Source: Amphiscolops sp. MND2022
Taxonomy: Eukaryota
NCBI GenBank assembly: GCA_964187785.1
Contig: OZ076409.1
Span: 18,478,001 to 18,538,000 of the forward strand
Direction: 5' to 3'
Length of the DNA stretch: 60,000 bases
Part shown: positions 20,401 through 32,506 of the stretch, in pieces
How the letters are laid out: each line of letters starts with the position of its first letter
Numbering within the stretch: position 1 is the first letter of the stretch
Made by a program: the position numbers and the translations under genes
The notes under the pieces: model-generated
What the model saw: only the letters and a program-made list of their open reading frames with translations
What the model was told of the DNA's origin: nothing
Databases searched by the model: none

Positions 20401-21780
20401 TACTCCACCCTGGTGTTCGCCTCCGGCCTATTCGTGGGCGTAGACCAATCCCAACCACTCCATAATCCCGACCAGCATATTTCCCGGGAAAAGGCAGGAT
20501 TCCCCATGCCGCAGCAGATTGCAGACCTCACCCTGGCAGAAGTAGAAGACTTTGTGGCGGCAATGGCTCCTGTTTTGGCCCCTATCTTTGGCGCAGTGGG
20601 CGTGTGCCGGTACCCAACAAAACCATTGGCAACGGCCGTCCAAGTGCACATGGTCTCTTTCAATACCTACCTGCGAGGCCGTCCTTCACTGGCGTACCCA
20701 AGGGTGATACATGCAGTGCTGAGTGGTGAGGTGCCGCATGGGTACACGACCATAAAATCCGAAAGAGAGTTGGAGGAGAACTTGATGGGCTTGCTGCGCG
20801 CGCGCACCAGGAAAGCATGTCCTCTACCCCGGGAGCATGGACCTGTGAACTGGTATTCCGCACCTCTCAGTTTGGAAGGGGTTCCCTTTAGATTCCCCTG
20901 GAGTCAAGAGTTCGTGAGAAAGGTGATTCGCGCCAGCACTAGTGCTGGTCCACCCGTGGATCCTCTATACTGCTTCAAATGCATCGCCTTCCCAAATCGT
21001 TACTGGAAGGAGCCGTTAGGTTGGCCCAGGGCAAAACCCGTTGGACGCGCCCCAGAAGTGTTCAACCGCCAAATCCAACACTTGGAGTCAGCCCAGATCC
21101 CAGGATGGATTGAAGGCGCTGCTCAGATTAGGCAGAGAAATCTCCAATCCCGCGTCATTCCATTCCCCAGGAAGTCGGCATGGAAGCCTACGGGAAAGAT
21201 GACCATGTCTGGAGATATGTCCATCGTCCAGCATGATGAGATAAATTCCGTGTTGGGCTCAACAGAACGAGCGCGATGGGAAGAATACTGTCTAGAGTTG
21301 GAGATTGCAAGCTTCCCTAAATGGAAGAGAGCTTGCGAGCTCTGGAGCCAATCTGGATGGATCTCACGCCGTGTAGCACTAGCGGTCGAGAGTAGAGCAG
21401 AGATGGCGAGACAACAGGCGTTCGCGCCTACCATGCTCGCAGCCACGATGGCGATGTCCTTGGATCGGCCCATCTCTCAACCGATCACCATTAATCTTCC
21501 AACCCATGACTTGGAGCCAGACCCAGTTGGCCCGTCTTCGTCGCGAACGAGCCCTGAGTCCTCACAGCAGCAATCCGGAGAGCACACTGCCGAATTGACT
21601 CCCAATGCAGCACTAGTGCAGCCTATTGCCGAGTTGTCGCTCCCCGAAAGTCCGTCGGACTCTGAAACAGTTACAACCGGAGTCTCTCCCCGACGTCGAG
21701 CGTCAGTGTCGACCGACAACCCAGAACAGAACTCAGATGATGCCACTAAAGAGCGGACCCGACGCAGTTCAGCTCAATAA
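17473..21780 (+). pseudogene. ORF3 of the retrotransposon (~1,435 codons, env position, two premature stops); SGNH-hydrolase-like central domain
   Basis: ORFs 17473-19188, 19222-20031 and 20044-21780 share one frame and are separated only by single stops (TAA 19186, TAG 20029). Composition is similar to pol. Pro/Ser-rich N- and C-termini; no signal peptide seen. Confidence 0.85.
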
Positions 21781-22526
21781 ACCCAGCCGTTAATGGGAGC
21801 GTTCGCGCTCCCTATACCCTCCTAAACTGCCAACAAACAGTGCCTTAAAACTTCTCATCCAGAACGGTGCCAGAATACAAAGTGCAATTTTTGTTCTTAG
21901 TTATGGTTGTATGGTTAGTGTACCATTAGTGTTGCACTGGGTGTACGGCCAATAGAGTACGCCTGCCCCAGTGGCTTGAGTGACCAAGCAAAAAAAAAAG
22001 AAAACTATTGTTCAAAAAACTATCATTTTTGTTGTGCACCGTTCGCGGTGTTTTTGAGTTGTCACAATCAAAAGAAGTCTTACCCCTCTTGATTGCGTTT
22101 CTATCTAGTCTAGTGTCCTTCATCAATCTGGTTGTTTACCGTAGGAGCCCCCCAAGCTCTAAAATGTTTTTAATCGCCTGAATGAGATGAAGACTTGTAA
22201 TCTCAAATGGTAAGGAAAAGAAATCTTAACTGACTTCGCTCGCAAAAAAGGTTTTTACACAAGTTGACTGCCCAAACGAGTTTTAAACCGGCTGAAAACT
22301 GTAGCTCTCGAGCTGGTGCTAAAACCTAGTTCATGTTTTGTACGAATAGCTAGGCAGTAAGTTCTTTTTTGTGTGAAAAAAACTGCAAAGTCGACCAAAA
22401 TTGTTGCCGAAAAACAAGGACTCGTCCTTGTTCTCCGACGTGTGGATGATGATTCCCAGCAGTCACTGTGATGCAGTTCCCAGACGATCCAGACGCCGCT
22501 TGCCAGGGACGACAAGCCAGTAGCCT

Positions 22527-22535
22527 GGGGAGTGA
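22527..22535 (+). promoter_or_regulatory. Polypurine tract
   Basis: GGGGAGTGA immediately 5' of the 3' LTR. Confidence 0.7.
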
Positions 22536-23267
22536 TGTAACGGCAAGCTCTGGTACAGCAACATCAACTTCGACATGTTCAGAAAATTTTGTCAAAAATT
22601 CGTTCAAATTTGACGTGGCACTCAAACATGCTCAAGACGAAGTACTTGCCAGAAAAAGCACCCCAAAAAAGCAGAAATCGCCGCTCACGACGAACAAGCA
22701 CCGGAGACGACTGAAAAGACGTCCCCAACGCATACAGAACACGGTATTGTGTCAATCTCTAGGAGATATCCATTACTACAGTAAAGGAAACCAGTGTTCC
22801 AGATGTTCGCCTGAGTATCCCTGCGGTATCCTGTGTGGCAACTAGCGCTAGCGCTGGGAACCTGAGGTCAATCTTCATCAAATGACTCTGAACTCTTGAT
22901 TTCTTGTTGTATTTTTCGATGTGGTAAATTAATATGCTCGAGAGCTGTTGTTTAACATCTGTTTATCCAATTTGGCGATTTTATCAGATTCTCCAATATT
23001 ACGGTTCAACCTTCATCGATTTTCAGCCCAATTTTTAAAGGCTAGTTGAGCAGTGGTCTTGAGTCTTGCAAGATGCCTGTTACTTTTAGCAGTTACAGAC
23101 TAGGACCAGGCCAGAGAGCCTCCTACAAGACGGTTCCCCCACCTTGGGACTGGCTCCTTCGGAGGGAAAATGAGCTAGGGCCGCGGAGATCTAGGTCCCA
23201 GATTATATTCGCTGTTCTAGTTCCTCCACTCTACGTTGCGGTTCAAGCGCCAGCGCTTATCGTTACA
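22536..23267 (+). repeat. 3' LTR (732 bp)
   Basis: Direct repeat of 4425-5156 with TG...CA ends. Confidence 0.97.
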
Positions 23268-24049
23268 TACTGTCAACAATGATCCAACATATTGGCTCAA
23301 GCCCAGACGTTAATCTGACTTGGAACAGATTAAGATGAACTTAATCACATAATTTTGTTTTGGTTGGATAATGATAATAAGATGCTCGAGGTAGTAAGAG
23401 CCCCGCATTGACAGCACTTTTGAGAAGTCCTCTTCTTACTGCGAGGGTTCGGATCTTATCTATCAGGAAAATGAATAGAGGCCTTTCCCCACCAAAATTT
23501 GAAAGTTTCATTTTCTTGAACGTATGCATAATACAATATGGCAATTAGTAGAATATTAAAGTAACAAAACGTCCAAGCAGGACGGAAAAGGAGCATAATC
23601 AGCTCTACGAGTTTCTGCCCGGGACATTAGAGAACCAAATTCAGACCAACTGAAACGTATTCGTTTATTATTCACAGTCACTAATTTCTACACGAAAAAA
23701 TCATCAATTAATCTTTAGTTAGTGTTATAGATCCAGCAGTTTCTCACGAACAGCGACCAACTTTTTTATTGGAAGAATAATGCAAAAAGGTCACTACTAT
23801 CTGTTATATAAAGCCTATTTAGGTTTTTCAGGTATGTTTTGATTTGCCCCTGTGACAGGGTTTCGATACCAACAGGTATTAGGTTCAATAACAGCAACCA
23901 ATTATATCCTCTGATTAGTGTATATTCAACCGATTTTGATTTACATTTTGTTCGGCTATAGGGTTTCGGCAAGACCCCCTTTTTTCGATCCTCTCGTTTT
24001 TTGATGTTTCGTTTCAGCAACGAGTTTTAAAAATTTCGTGGCTCCATTA

Positions 24050-26560
24050 GCTCTCAGGTGATTAAAGATCTCTCGGAATACATCCACAATGAACTTTTCA
24101 TAAACTGTATTCAAATCGGTTTGCCACAGAAGATGTTGTATACTGTCATACTTTTTTCGAATAAAGTGGCTCTAATAAATCGGCTTTGTGCCATATAATT
24201 TTTTTTCAAGGTTTGTTCTCGCTGCGCTCCATTAAATCAAAAGGCCCTAGCAAATTACACTCCTAGCATACACGTTGTAGATCGACATTAAACATTATAT
24301 TTGATAAACATCCCGAACTCTATAGATCAGGCCAAAAAATTTATCGTGTTTTTTCACTACGTGACTTGTGTGGTCTCTGAATGTTAACTTCGTAGTCAAT
24401 GTACACACCCAAACACTTACAGCATGTGTTTCGTGAAATTACTTCGTTATTATGAACAGTTAGCGTATTTTGGTAGTTGCTACCAAAAGACATAGTCTGA
24501 CAATTTGTGGTGTTGATATGATAGACAATTCGTTATAACTGAACCAATCACAAATTTTTATCTAAGCCACTTCGCATGGTACATTTCCCTTTTCCAGATT
24601 TTAAAATGGATGTGTCATCTGCGAAAAGTGCCATTTTATTATCATATTGAAAGGTCTGGGGAAAATCATTGATGAATACCAGGAACAAAAAGGGACCGAG
24701 ATTTGCCCTTGGGGAACTCCCGTAACAATTTCGGCAAAATCACCCCGTTTTCTTTTCACAAATACATACTGTGATCTGCTTGAACGATAGTCAACCGTTA
24801 TATTATATACAGGGCCTCTGAATCCATAATTGCTCAATTTTGCTAACAGTATTTTATAATCTAACGAGTCAAAAAGTTTCTGTAGATCAATGAAACAGGC
24901 TCTTCCATTTAGTTTTTTTATCAATTTCATCTTTCATGAAGTCAGTTATTTCGGCAAATGCATGAGCGAATGAATATTTTGTTCTGAAACCATACATCGC
25001 TGGGGTAAAGAGATTGTTTTTGATAAAAAAACTTAATCATTTGCTTGTACAGAAGTTTCTCGAAAATTTCACAAAGGGAACTCAGATGATTTATAGGACG
25101 GTAGGTACATGGTAGACTTTCGTCACCCTTTTTGAATAAAGGTAACACCTTTGTAATTTTCAGACATTCAAGAAAGAACTGTTTTTCAATGCAGTTATTA
25201 AAACTTCCCACCAAATCTTTTTCAATTTTTGTTGAACAACTTTTTAAAATTTCGTTACTAATGCAATCGTGACCACTGCTTTTTTTGTTTTTAAAACTCA
25301 CAACTATTTTAGAAACTTCCAATTCATTCGTGTAGGTCAAGTGCATTGAATTCTCAAATTAGTCATCTTCATATTTGTGTTGAGCAGAAGGAATAGACGA
25401 CGCCAACTTTGTTCCAATGGCTGTGAATAATTGGTTGATTTTCTCCAGGTCAGGAAGGTTCACAGCAGTTTAATCATTCCTTCTGTAACTTTTCAAGTTT
25501 CGATAAATCGTTTTTACGCTTGGATTTTCTCCCAGTTTATCAAAATTGCTTTGGCGTTTGGCATTTTTTTGTTGTCACCATGTTCCTTTGGTTTTTGTAA
25601 ATACTTCTGTTTTTCTTGGTTAGACATTTTGTCCCATTCTGAAACAATTTGTTTCTTTTAGTGATTTCGTTCTTCAATTTGTTGTTAAACCAGTCATTCT
25701 ACATTTGTTTCACTGTTGATACTTTTACCGGTGCGAATTTATCTACACAAAGCATAAAAGTCTCTGCTATCTTTTCAAGGTCTTTTTGTTTTGATAGTTC
25801 AATTTTTTTTAGTGTTTGATCTAGGAGAAATAAAAAATTCAATGCGTTCCCCCCATCAATTTTGCGTAGGTCCCGCGACAGTTGTTTAGACTCTCTATTC
25901 TTAGATTCGTTCACGAAAACACCAGGTATTGCTCCTAAGACTGTGTAATGATCACTGATTGTTGTTTTGATAGTTTCAGTATTAATTCGATAACTTGTTA
26001 CATTGTGATTGAGGTAGGTTGCGGATGTTGGTGTTACTCTAGTAGGTTCCAAATCAAGTGCTGAAAGTAGTTTCTCCTAATCCGATTTGTCTTTTGATTC
26101 TTTAATTGTGTCAATGTTGAAGTCACCGCATAAAATAGTGTCATTTTTCAATCACCGTAAAAACTCTAGTAATTATTCGAACTCTTGCAAAAAACTAGGG
26201 CTTTTTTGGCTGTGTGGTCTGTATATAACGCAAAAATATCTAATTGTTTTTGTATCAAAGTTTGTATTATCAGACATTCAATTTTACTTTGAAATTCAAT
26301 AACTTTGTATTTAATATCCTCCTGGACGTAAAATGCAACATCTCCACGTTCCTGACCTGAGGTTCTTGGCTTCGATTCGATTGATTGATATTCTTCCAAG
26401 GTATAGTTGTTTTCAAGGTCGTCTTTCTCTATTAACCACGTTTCCGTTAGCGCTATTATTTCTGGTGTGTTTCCGTAGTTTTCTAGTTCAATATTTAGTT
26501 CATCACGATGGCATCGGAGCGATTGAATAATTTGTGCATATTACAAAAGGCATTTTTCCA
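24050..26560 (-). pseudogene. Decayed non-LTR (CR1/L2-like) retrotransposon ORF2: APE endonuclease + RT
   Basis: Fragments RGDVAFYV, EPTRVTPTSAT, SDHY (EN); KKSSGHD, PLFKKGD...YRPI, FIDLQK, TGVPQG, LFADDT (RT); multiple frameshifts. Confidence 0.9.
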
Positions 26561-27670
26561 GTACCGAGTCACGCTTTTGTTTGATTCTAAATGAATGATA
26601 CAAACACAAAGGTTAAGTTTACGTGTGTTATTACCTCGTTTAGCTGCCAAAAAAGGTGATATTATTGTACATTATGGTGCTAACGCAATTGATTTATTTT
26701 TTTGTATATTTGTTTTGACCGCTAAACGTTGGAACCGTTTCTTGGAAATCATCGTTTGTCGTAACAGCACTGGAGTCCATACAGAAATTTTTGAGAACAC
26801 TGACACCATCACCCGGAGATACTCTAAGTCGTTTCAAGACGGCATGATAATCTCTTTCGGAACGTTTGATAGCTGCATTTTGTGTTTGTACTGATTTTAG
26901 GTCTTATTCCATGAAAATACCGTGTTTTTAGATCTTATAACACATATGAGCTGAAAACGTTCGGATGAAGCATGAAATTCGGTTATTAATGTCCGGTTTT
27001 TCAAGACTTTTACTATTTTCGGCCTAATTTTTTATAGAGACATCCAAAAGGTCCACTTTTATGCTAACTGAATATTTTAATTTTTTCGCGGAGCTAATAA
27101 AAAAAGTTCCCACGTTGAGTAATTTGGATTTTTGATATTTTTGGAACACGTTTTTCATTTACTTTCCGCGAAGTCTCACCTTGGCTGTTTTGATGATTTC
27201 AGTCAATGAAAATAGCCGCTTATGCGTTCAAGAGGTCTCTTTTTGTAATTTTTCAATAAGCTTCCATCAAAACCTCAAGATGAAAAATTTACCAAGTTAT
27301 CGGTGTCATTTCCTTGTATTTGTCTATAAATACGTACACAGTACCATAGAATACACTCTGTAAACAGTGTATACTACCGCAGCGTATACAACTTCCAGTA
27401 TATGCCACTGTAGGATTTGAAATACTCTTGAACCTAAGTTGTTTCGAAAGATCCCTTTGCCGATTTTTCAACACTGAGATTTTTTTCATGAGATTTTTCA
27501 AGGTGTCCCTCTTCAAATCTGCTGATGAGTTGCATAAGAATGAAATGTGAAGCATATTGGATTTGTTTGCCGTTTGAGATCACTCTATTTTATAATTTTC
27601 TAAGATTTATTATTACATGCATATTTTCGAACGATCAAGACTCGGATTCTTCGTGGACTGTTCAACTAAC

Positions 27671-27771
27671 CTGATAAAGTTGAGAGTCTTTCCAGTGGAA
27701 GGAGCAGATGACTTGGGCCACTTTGGTCTTGTCTGATCCAGACCAGGGACACATGTGGAAAGTATCTTTCC
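27671..27771 (-). CDS. Host glutamine synthetase I / lengsin-like gene, third visible coding exon
   Basis: TTTCAG acceptor, GTTAGT donor; phase matches the previous exon; encodes (G)KDTFHMCPWSGSDKTKVAQVICSFHWKDSQLYQ, matching the GS/lengsin TFxxxPW...AxVIC motif. Confidence 0.8.
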
Positions 27772-28689
27772 CTGAAACAAAATTGGTGAAATAAATTATT
27801 GCGACAATGAAAATGGCGTCATACATTTGAACAAGTGATCTACCTAATGTTTTTGTCGATAAGAATTATAAGCGTCAAGATATCTTGGAAATTATAAATG
27901 TTTACTATAACTAACAAGAATCTTTGCTAAAGCTCATTGAAGCGGATTTTCCTCTCTATATTTTTCATCATAATCTTTTGGGTGTTGATAACTCTATCTG
28001 GCATTTCAGTGGTTTTAGGTTGTTTCAAATGGCTTTTAACGCGGAATGGAGGTGAAATTTTCTGGATGCATCCAAAAATCTTGTGCTTAACCTTTAAACC
28101 ACAATATCTCCAAAACTAATCAAGTTCGACAAACGATTTATACAGCGTTCGAAAGAGGAGCATCGGGGCTTTCAAATCAAATTTTAAACTGCTGGGCTGG
28201 GGCTCCGGACTTTGCGCCAAAACTTTGCACGCGTGGTGTCTCTGGCTGCAGTTCAGCTTGTTTCAAAACATGCTAGGGCCCCTTTGACCTAATCTTGTTC
28301 CCAATATTATAAAGTGGCCACACAAGAAAACAGGAAAATCGGAAATTTTGCGCTAATTTTTTTGATTTTTTTGGTCCCGTTTTTCTGATTTTGGAGACAT
28401 CAAGTCAACAATCCGTGCGTGTAATTCTATGTTGTTTTGTCTGAAAATCTTTTTCAAGAGTTTTCTTTACCATACGGTGGGCTGGTGCCTTTAGAAGTTT
28501 GCAGATCTTAAGTGGTGCAAATACGTACCGCGATGCTAAATAGGGTTAAATGTTGTTTTTTAATAATAGACCCAAACAATTTCTATTTTCATCCGTTTTT
28601 GACCCATTTCTATGCTATCTTGATTTTTCAAAACTACCTGTGGCAAATAAAAAAATGAAATTACTTGGTCCATTAAATATAACTTCTCT

Positions 28690-29102
28690 AGTTGAAAAAA
28701 TTCACTTTGCAAATTTTTTTTTGCAAAATTCTTACAAAAACTCGTGTAAGAAAATGCATTATTTGACATGAATTCTTACAAGATTCTTGCGAATTTCTTT
28801 GCTGGGATCCTGAGGCAGTCTGTGCATTGTAAACGGTAAATGTGGCTGTTGTTGCTGGTAATTTGATGATTTTTGAGTTTTTGGTCGAAATAACACATAG
28901 CATTTTTTGTAAGATTTTTTTACTAATGTTAAAATGTTATCAGATTTTTGTAAGAAATGTTCAACATTGTAACAAACTTGCAAAATTTGTGATTCATGTA
29001 CAAACTTGTAAGATTCTTGTAAGCAATGCATATATGGTAAGAATTTAGGCCAAATTTTGCAAAATTTGTGTTTCCGAAAACTAGGATTGGTACACACCTG
29101 GG
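28690..29102. repeat. MITE-like repeat with AAGATTCTTG-type subrepeats in the intron
   Basis: Recurrent TTCTTACAAGATTCTTG / AAGATTCTTGTAAG motifs; CTGGG termini at 28806 and 29102. Confidence 0.35.
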
Positions 29103-29242
29103 AATACAAAGCAGTCTGGGAATCCTTTCTTTTCCATCGCCTCCAGATTAGCTACTTGTGAGGAAGCATCGAACAGGGGTACCACACAACACAGTCCTAT
29201 GCCCCCTCCTAGCAACACGCTCTTGACATTGCGCACGCTCAC
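29098..29242 (-). CDS. Host glutamine synthetase I / lengsin-like gene, second visible coding exon
   Basis: TGTCAG acceptor, GTGTGT donor; 145 nt encoding VSVRNVKSVLLGGGIGLCCVVPLFDASSQVANLEAMEKKGFPDCFVFP plus 1 nt; phase-compatible with both neighbours. Confidence 0.8.
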
Positions 29243-29897
29243 CTGACAAAATATCACATGGAATAACAATTGTTGTCTATTAATTATTTATTAAATATTA
29301 ATAATTATTTATTAGTTAATTAATTTTCCATTAATGAAGCTAGCACCCATTCACCCTGTGACTCAGTTATAGAAACAGTTTACATGATATAGTTTTCGTG
29401 AAGTCTTCTTTTTCAATTTCACGTAAAAATTAAGCGCACAGAGGGATTCGAACTGTAGACCTCTTGGGAGGCAAGGTCATGAAGTGGGGTCAAGTATTCA
29501 ACTTTATTTGGTTGATCTCTCAATCAATCAGAATGTGAGCAATATTGAGAACTTGTATGTTACTTGTGTGTACCATATCTTGTGTGTACCATATCGAATA
29601 GTGCCCCGGAAAACTTTAGTTTCAGAACAGCAGTAATAATATTGAACAAATTAAGTTGTAATTTGACATGAAATGGATAAACAAAAGTCTTGAAACGGTT
29701 TATGGCAGGTAGATATTTTATGCACGCAATGTTTCCGGTTTTTGAATTTGAACATGATACGTGTCATGATTATTTGATTAGTAAGGCTAAAAATTTCCAC
29801 ATTATTCTCAAGTTCATGGAGTGACAGGATGCGCTTCTTTCATTCGCTCGAAACCTGGTTATAACCTGGTTATAAAGAAATCAAGATTATCAATGAG

Positions 29898-30222
29898 CAG
29901 GGTTCGCATGTTTAAAACGTGCCGTGTTTTAAACGCGTTTTGAACATGTTTTAAACAGAGTTTTAAACGTGACAAAAACCTTTCATTTTGTTCAATTGTT
30001 TCAATTTCAGTTATAGAAATTTTGAAGTTCCTAAAATCATGTTTTCATGCGAATTTTCAGCACCTTGGGCTTCGTCCACAAAAAAAACACGAAATCGACT
30101 CTAAATTGTGAAAGCCAACGAATTAGATCTTGAGTTTTGAACATGTTTTAAACAAAAATTTTTTTATTGTTTTAAACGTTTTAAACACGATTTTTTCAAA
30201 ATTTTGTTTTTTCCGAACCCTG
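29898..30222. mobile_element. hAT-type MITE (325 bp)
   Basis: TIR CAGGGTTCG...CGAACCCTG; perfect 8-bp TSD TCAATGAG (29890-29897, 30223-30230); TTTAAAAC subterminal repeats. Confidence 0.9.
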
Positions 30223-30433
30223 TCAATGAGCCATGAATCATAAAATTTCCGTGAACTGTGTAACTATACAGTTAAGAATCTATGCTAATCCAAATTACAG
30301 ACAGCATGGGTATTCAATATCCAAAAACACTTTCACTTGGAGTTTACTATCGTTTTTTTTTTGGTATAAAATATGGGAAACGATTACTTTTGGCATTGAG
30401 GAATCATACAAAATGTCAATGAATCAGGCTAAC

Positions 30434-30562
30434 CATTTTACACCTGCCTATTCCATTGGTGTCGCAATAAGTGAGCCTGAGGAACTGGACTTCAAGTTGT
30501 TGACATTTTTCCACAATTTTTTCCACCTCTTCCTCGCAGCCTTCGTAGAAATTGAACTCCAT
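30434..30562 (-). CDS. Host glutamine synthetase I / lengsin-like gene, first visible coding exon (beta-grasp N-terminal domain)
   Basis: ATG at 30562 preceded by CAG; 43 codons MEFNFYEGCEEEVEKIVEKCQQLEVQFLRLTYCDTNGIGRCKM (GS-I pattern VxFxRxxxxDxxGxxRxK); GTTAG donor. Confidence 0.85.
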
Positions 30563-32506
30563 CTGAGCAAGTCTGAACAATTTCACAAGGTAAAAAATAA
30601 TTGAGTGAATTACGAATTAACCAACTGGAATGTCAAACAGATGAAACTTCAATGGCAAAAATATAACTTCGGAGGTTGAAAAATAAGCTGAGAAATATCG
30701 AAAAGAGATTTGTCAGCTTCTCTGAGTATATAGAGATTTTAATGATCGAATTACGAGCGTATGTTCTTCCAATAACGCTTGACTAAAATTTGGGTCAGAA
30801 TTACAGTTCCTTTGGCATCAAAAATTTTCTCTAATTTGCTGACCCAAAAATGAGTGGAGGGATACTTAAAACCCAGACAAACTCTTTATGAATGAAGGGT
30901 ATAGTTTCTATATCAGTTTGTTGGAAAAAACTTTACAAATCTGAGAAACGTTCCGAATTTTTTTCTAAAAGGAATTAAATTAGATAAATATGAATAACTG
31001 AGGAAATGGACTAACGTATAAAGCACCATAAGTATTGTAAAGATAATTAGGAAAAATGGAGATGTTTCTAGTAACTTTTCCCATGAAAGGTACTCTTAAC
31101 ATTCTTAATCTTTAGCCAACTGTTTATGAGCGAAGCACTGTTTATGTTTTCCACATTTTTGTAGCAAAAACAGAGAGACCATAAAAATAATCTTATTGAA
31201 AATTGGGTTATGACTATCAGTGGAATACTCAGGTCAGTGCCAATGAGAACTCCGCTCTTTTAAGGAGTTGGTATCAAATCAGGAACTTTCCTGATAATGC
31301 TATTCTCATCCCCCGAAATTCAGTTCATTGAACTTCAACAATACACTGATTCTTGCATTTTTTTCAAATCGTAGACTTGTGCTAAGAAAATATTTTCTTA
31401 CATACCATAAGTTAATCTGCTAGAAAACTGTTAATGCTGCTTTTATGAATAAAAAGTTTTTTGTTTACGAAGAATGGAAAATTCAGGAAGCCTGCTTGAA
31501 AAATCTCTGTAGGATAACAGTGCAGAGTCTACTAATGCAGTCAAAACTAGAACATCCCTACTTTTTCACGATCTCGATCATTTTGTTTTCACTCTCCAGC
31601 TTCTCAAGTATTCAACTTATATTATCACCGTTAGTCAAATTACTCACTGAATATGATGCTACTTTGAAACATGAAACAACTAATGTTTATCAGCATTAAA
31701 ATAGGGTAAAAATCATATGGTTTCAGCTGTATAAAACACTAATAACATATGTTCGTGGAATCGCGTGTTAAAAGCATGAGACGCAATATGCAAACTAAAC
31801 CTTGTTAAAATATATGGAATAACGAAAACACCATACACAAGGCAATCGAAGTTTTGTCGAATTAGGAGAACTTTTTTCTGTCATCACAATGGATGACACT
31901 TAAGTCGTTTTTGCCTTCTTTATTTCTGGCCGTACTACTTGAAAGAAAGGCTTTTAGGCCATTTCTAAGTTTAAAAAAAAGTTTTTTGTTCGATAAGATC
32001 GGTTTTCGAGTTTTTTAAAATTTGTAATTCAGAGAATATTCATAGGATGTTTTTGTTTCAGACCCTGTCAACTTGATGTTTTTGTGGAGTGGCTGATGTG
32101 TGATATCGTAATGGGTAAATCATCCGAATTGACAGCTTCAGCTAGTGCCATTTTTGATGAAGAAAATAGTTGACTTTCGAAAGTCATTTTTTCCTCATTC
32201 TGCCTGATTTTTTCTATTTTATTCAAAAATTGTTTTTGTATATTGTGACTTTTTGTCAAATAACTTTGCAAAATTTTAGAAGTTGCCTGTTAATATAAAA
32301 ACTTTTTCGGGACATGGTCCCTGAATTTTCCATTTTTGATAAAAATTAGCCGGCTTTTATTGAAGGTGCATGTAAAACCATTCTGCAACTACGTTTGTTA
32401 TGGTACTGTTCCTGAGCAAACCATTTCGAGATGTATTTTTGTTGTCCGTTTCAGATCATACCTTGCACCCTAGAGACGGCTTAATTTCGAAATTAAATTA
32501 TTATAT

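Larger units (their letters stand above)
4425..23267 (+). mobile_element. Full-length giant Ty3/Gypsy LTR retrotransposon (18,843 bp) with accessory domains and a third ORF
   Basis: Two 732-bp direct repeats bounded by TGTAAC...GTTACA, PBS, PPT, domain order Gag-PR-RT-RH-IN. Confidence 0.97.

Noticed and set aside
7863..21780. Apparent paradox of near-identical LTRs but four disabling lesions
   Set aside because: About 0.4% LTR divergence over ~13.6 kb of coding sequence is roughly compatible with a couple of nonsense changes and indels arising after insertion.
26595..27560. Candidate further exons of the GS-like gene
   Set aside because: Open stretches lack GS catalytic motifs and are not phase-compatible with the preceding exon.
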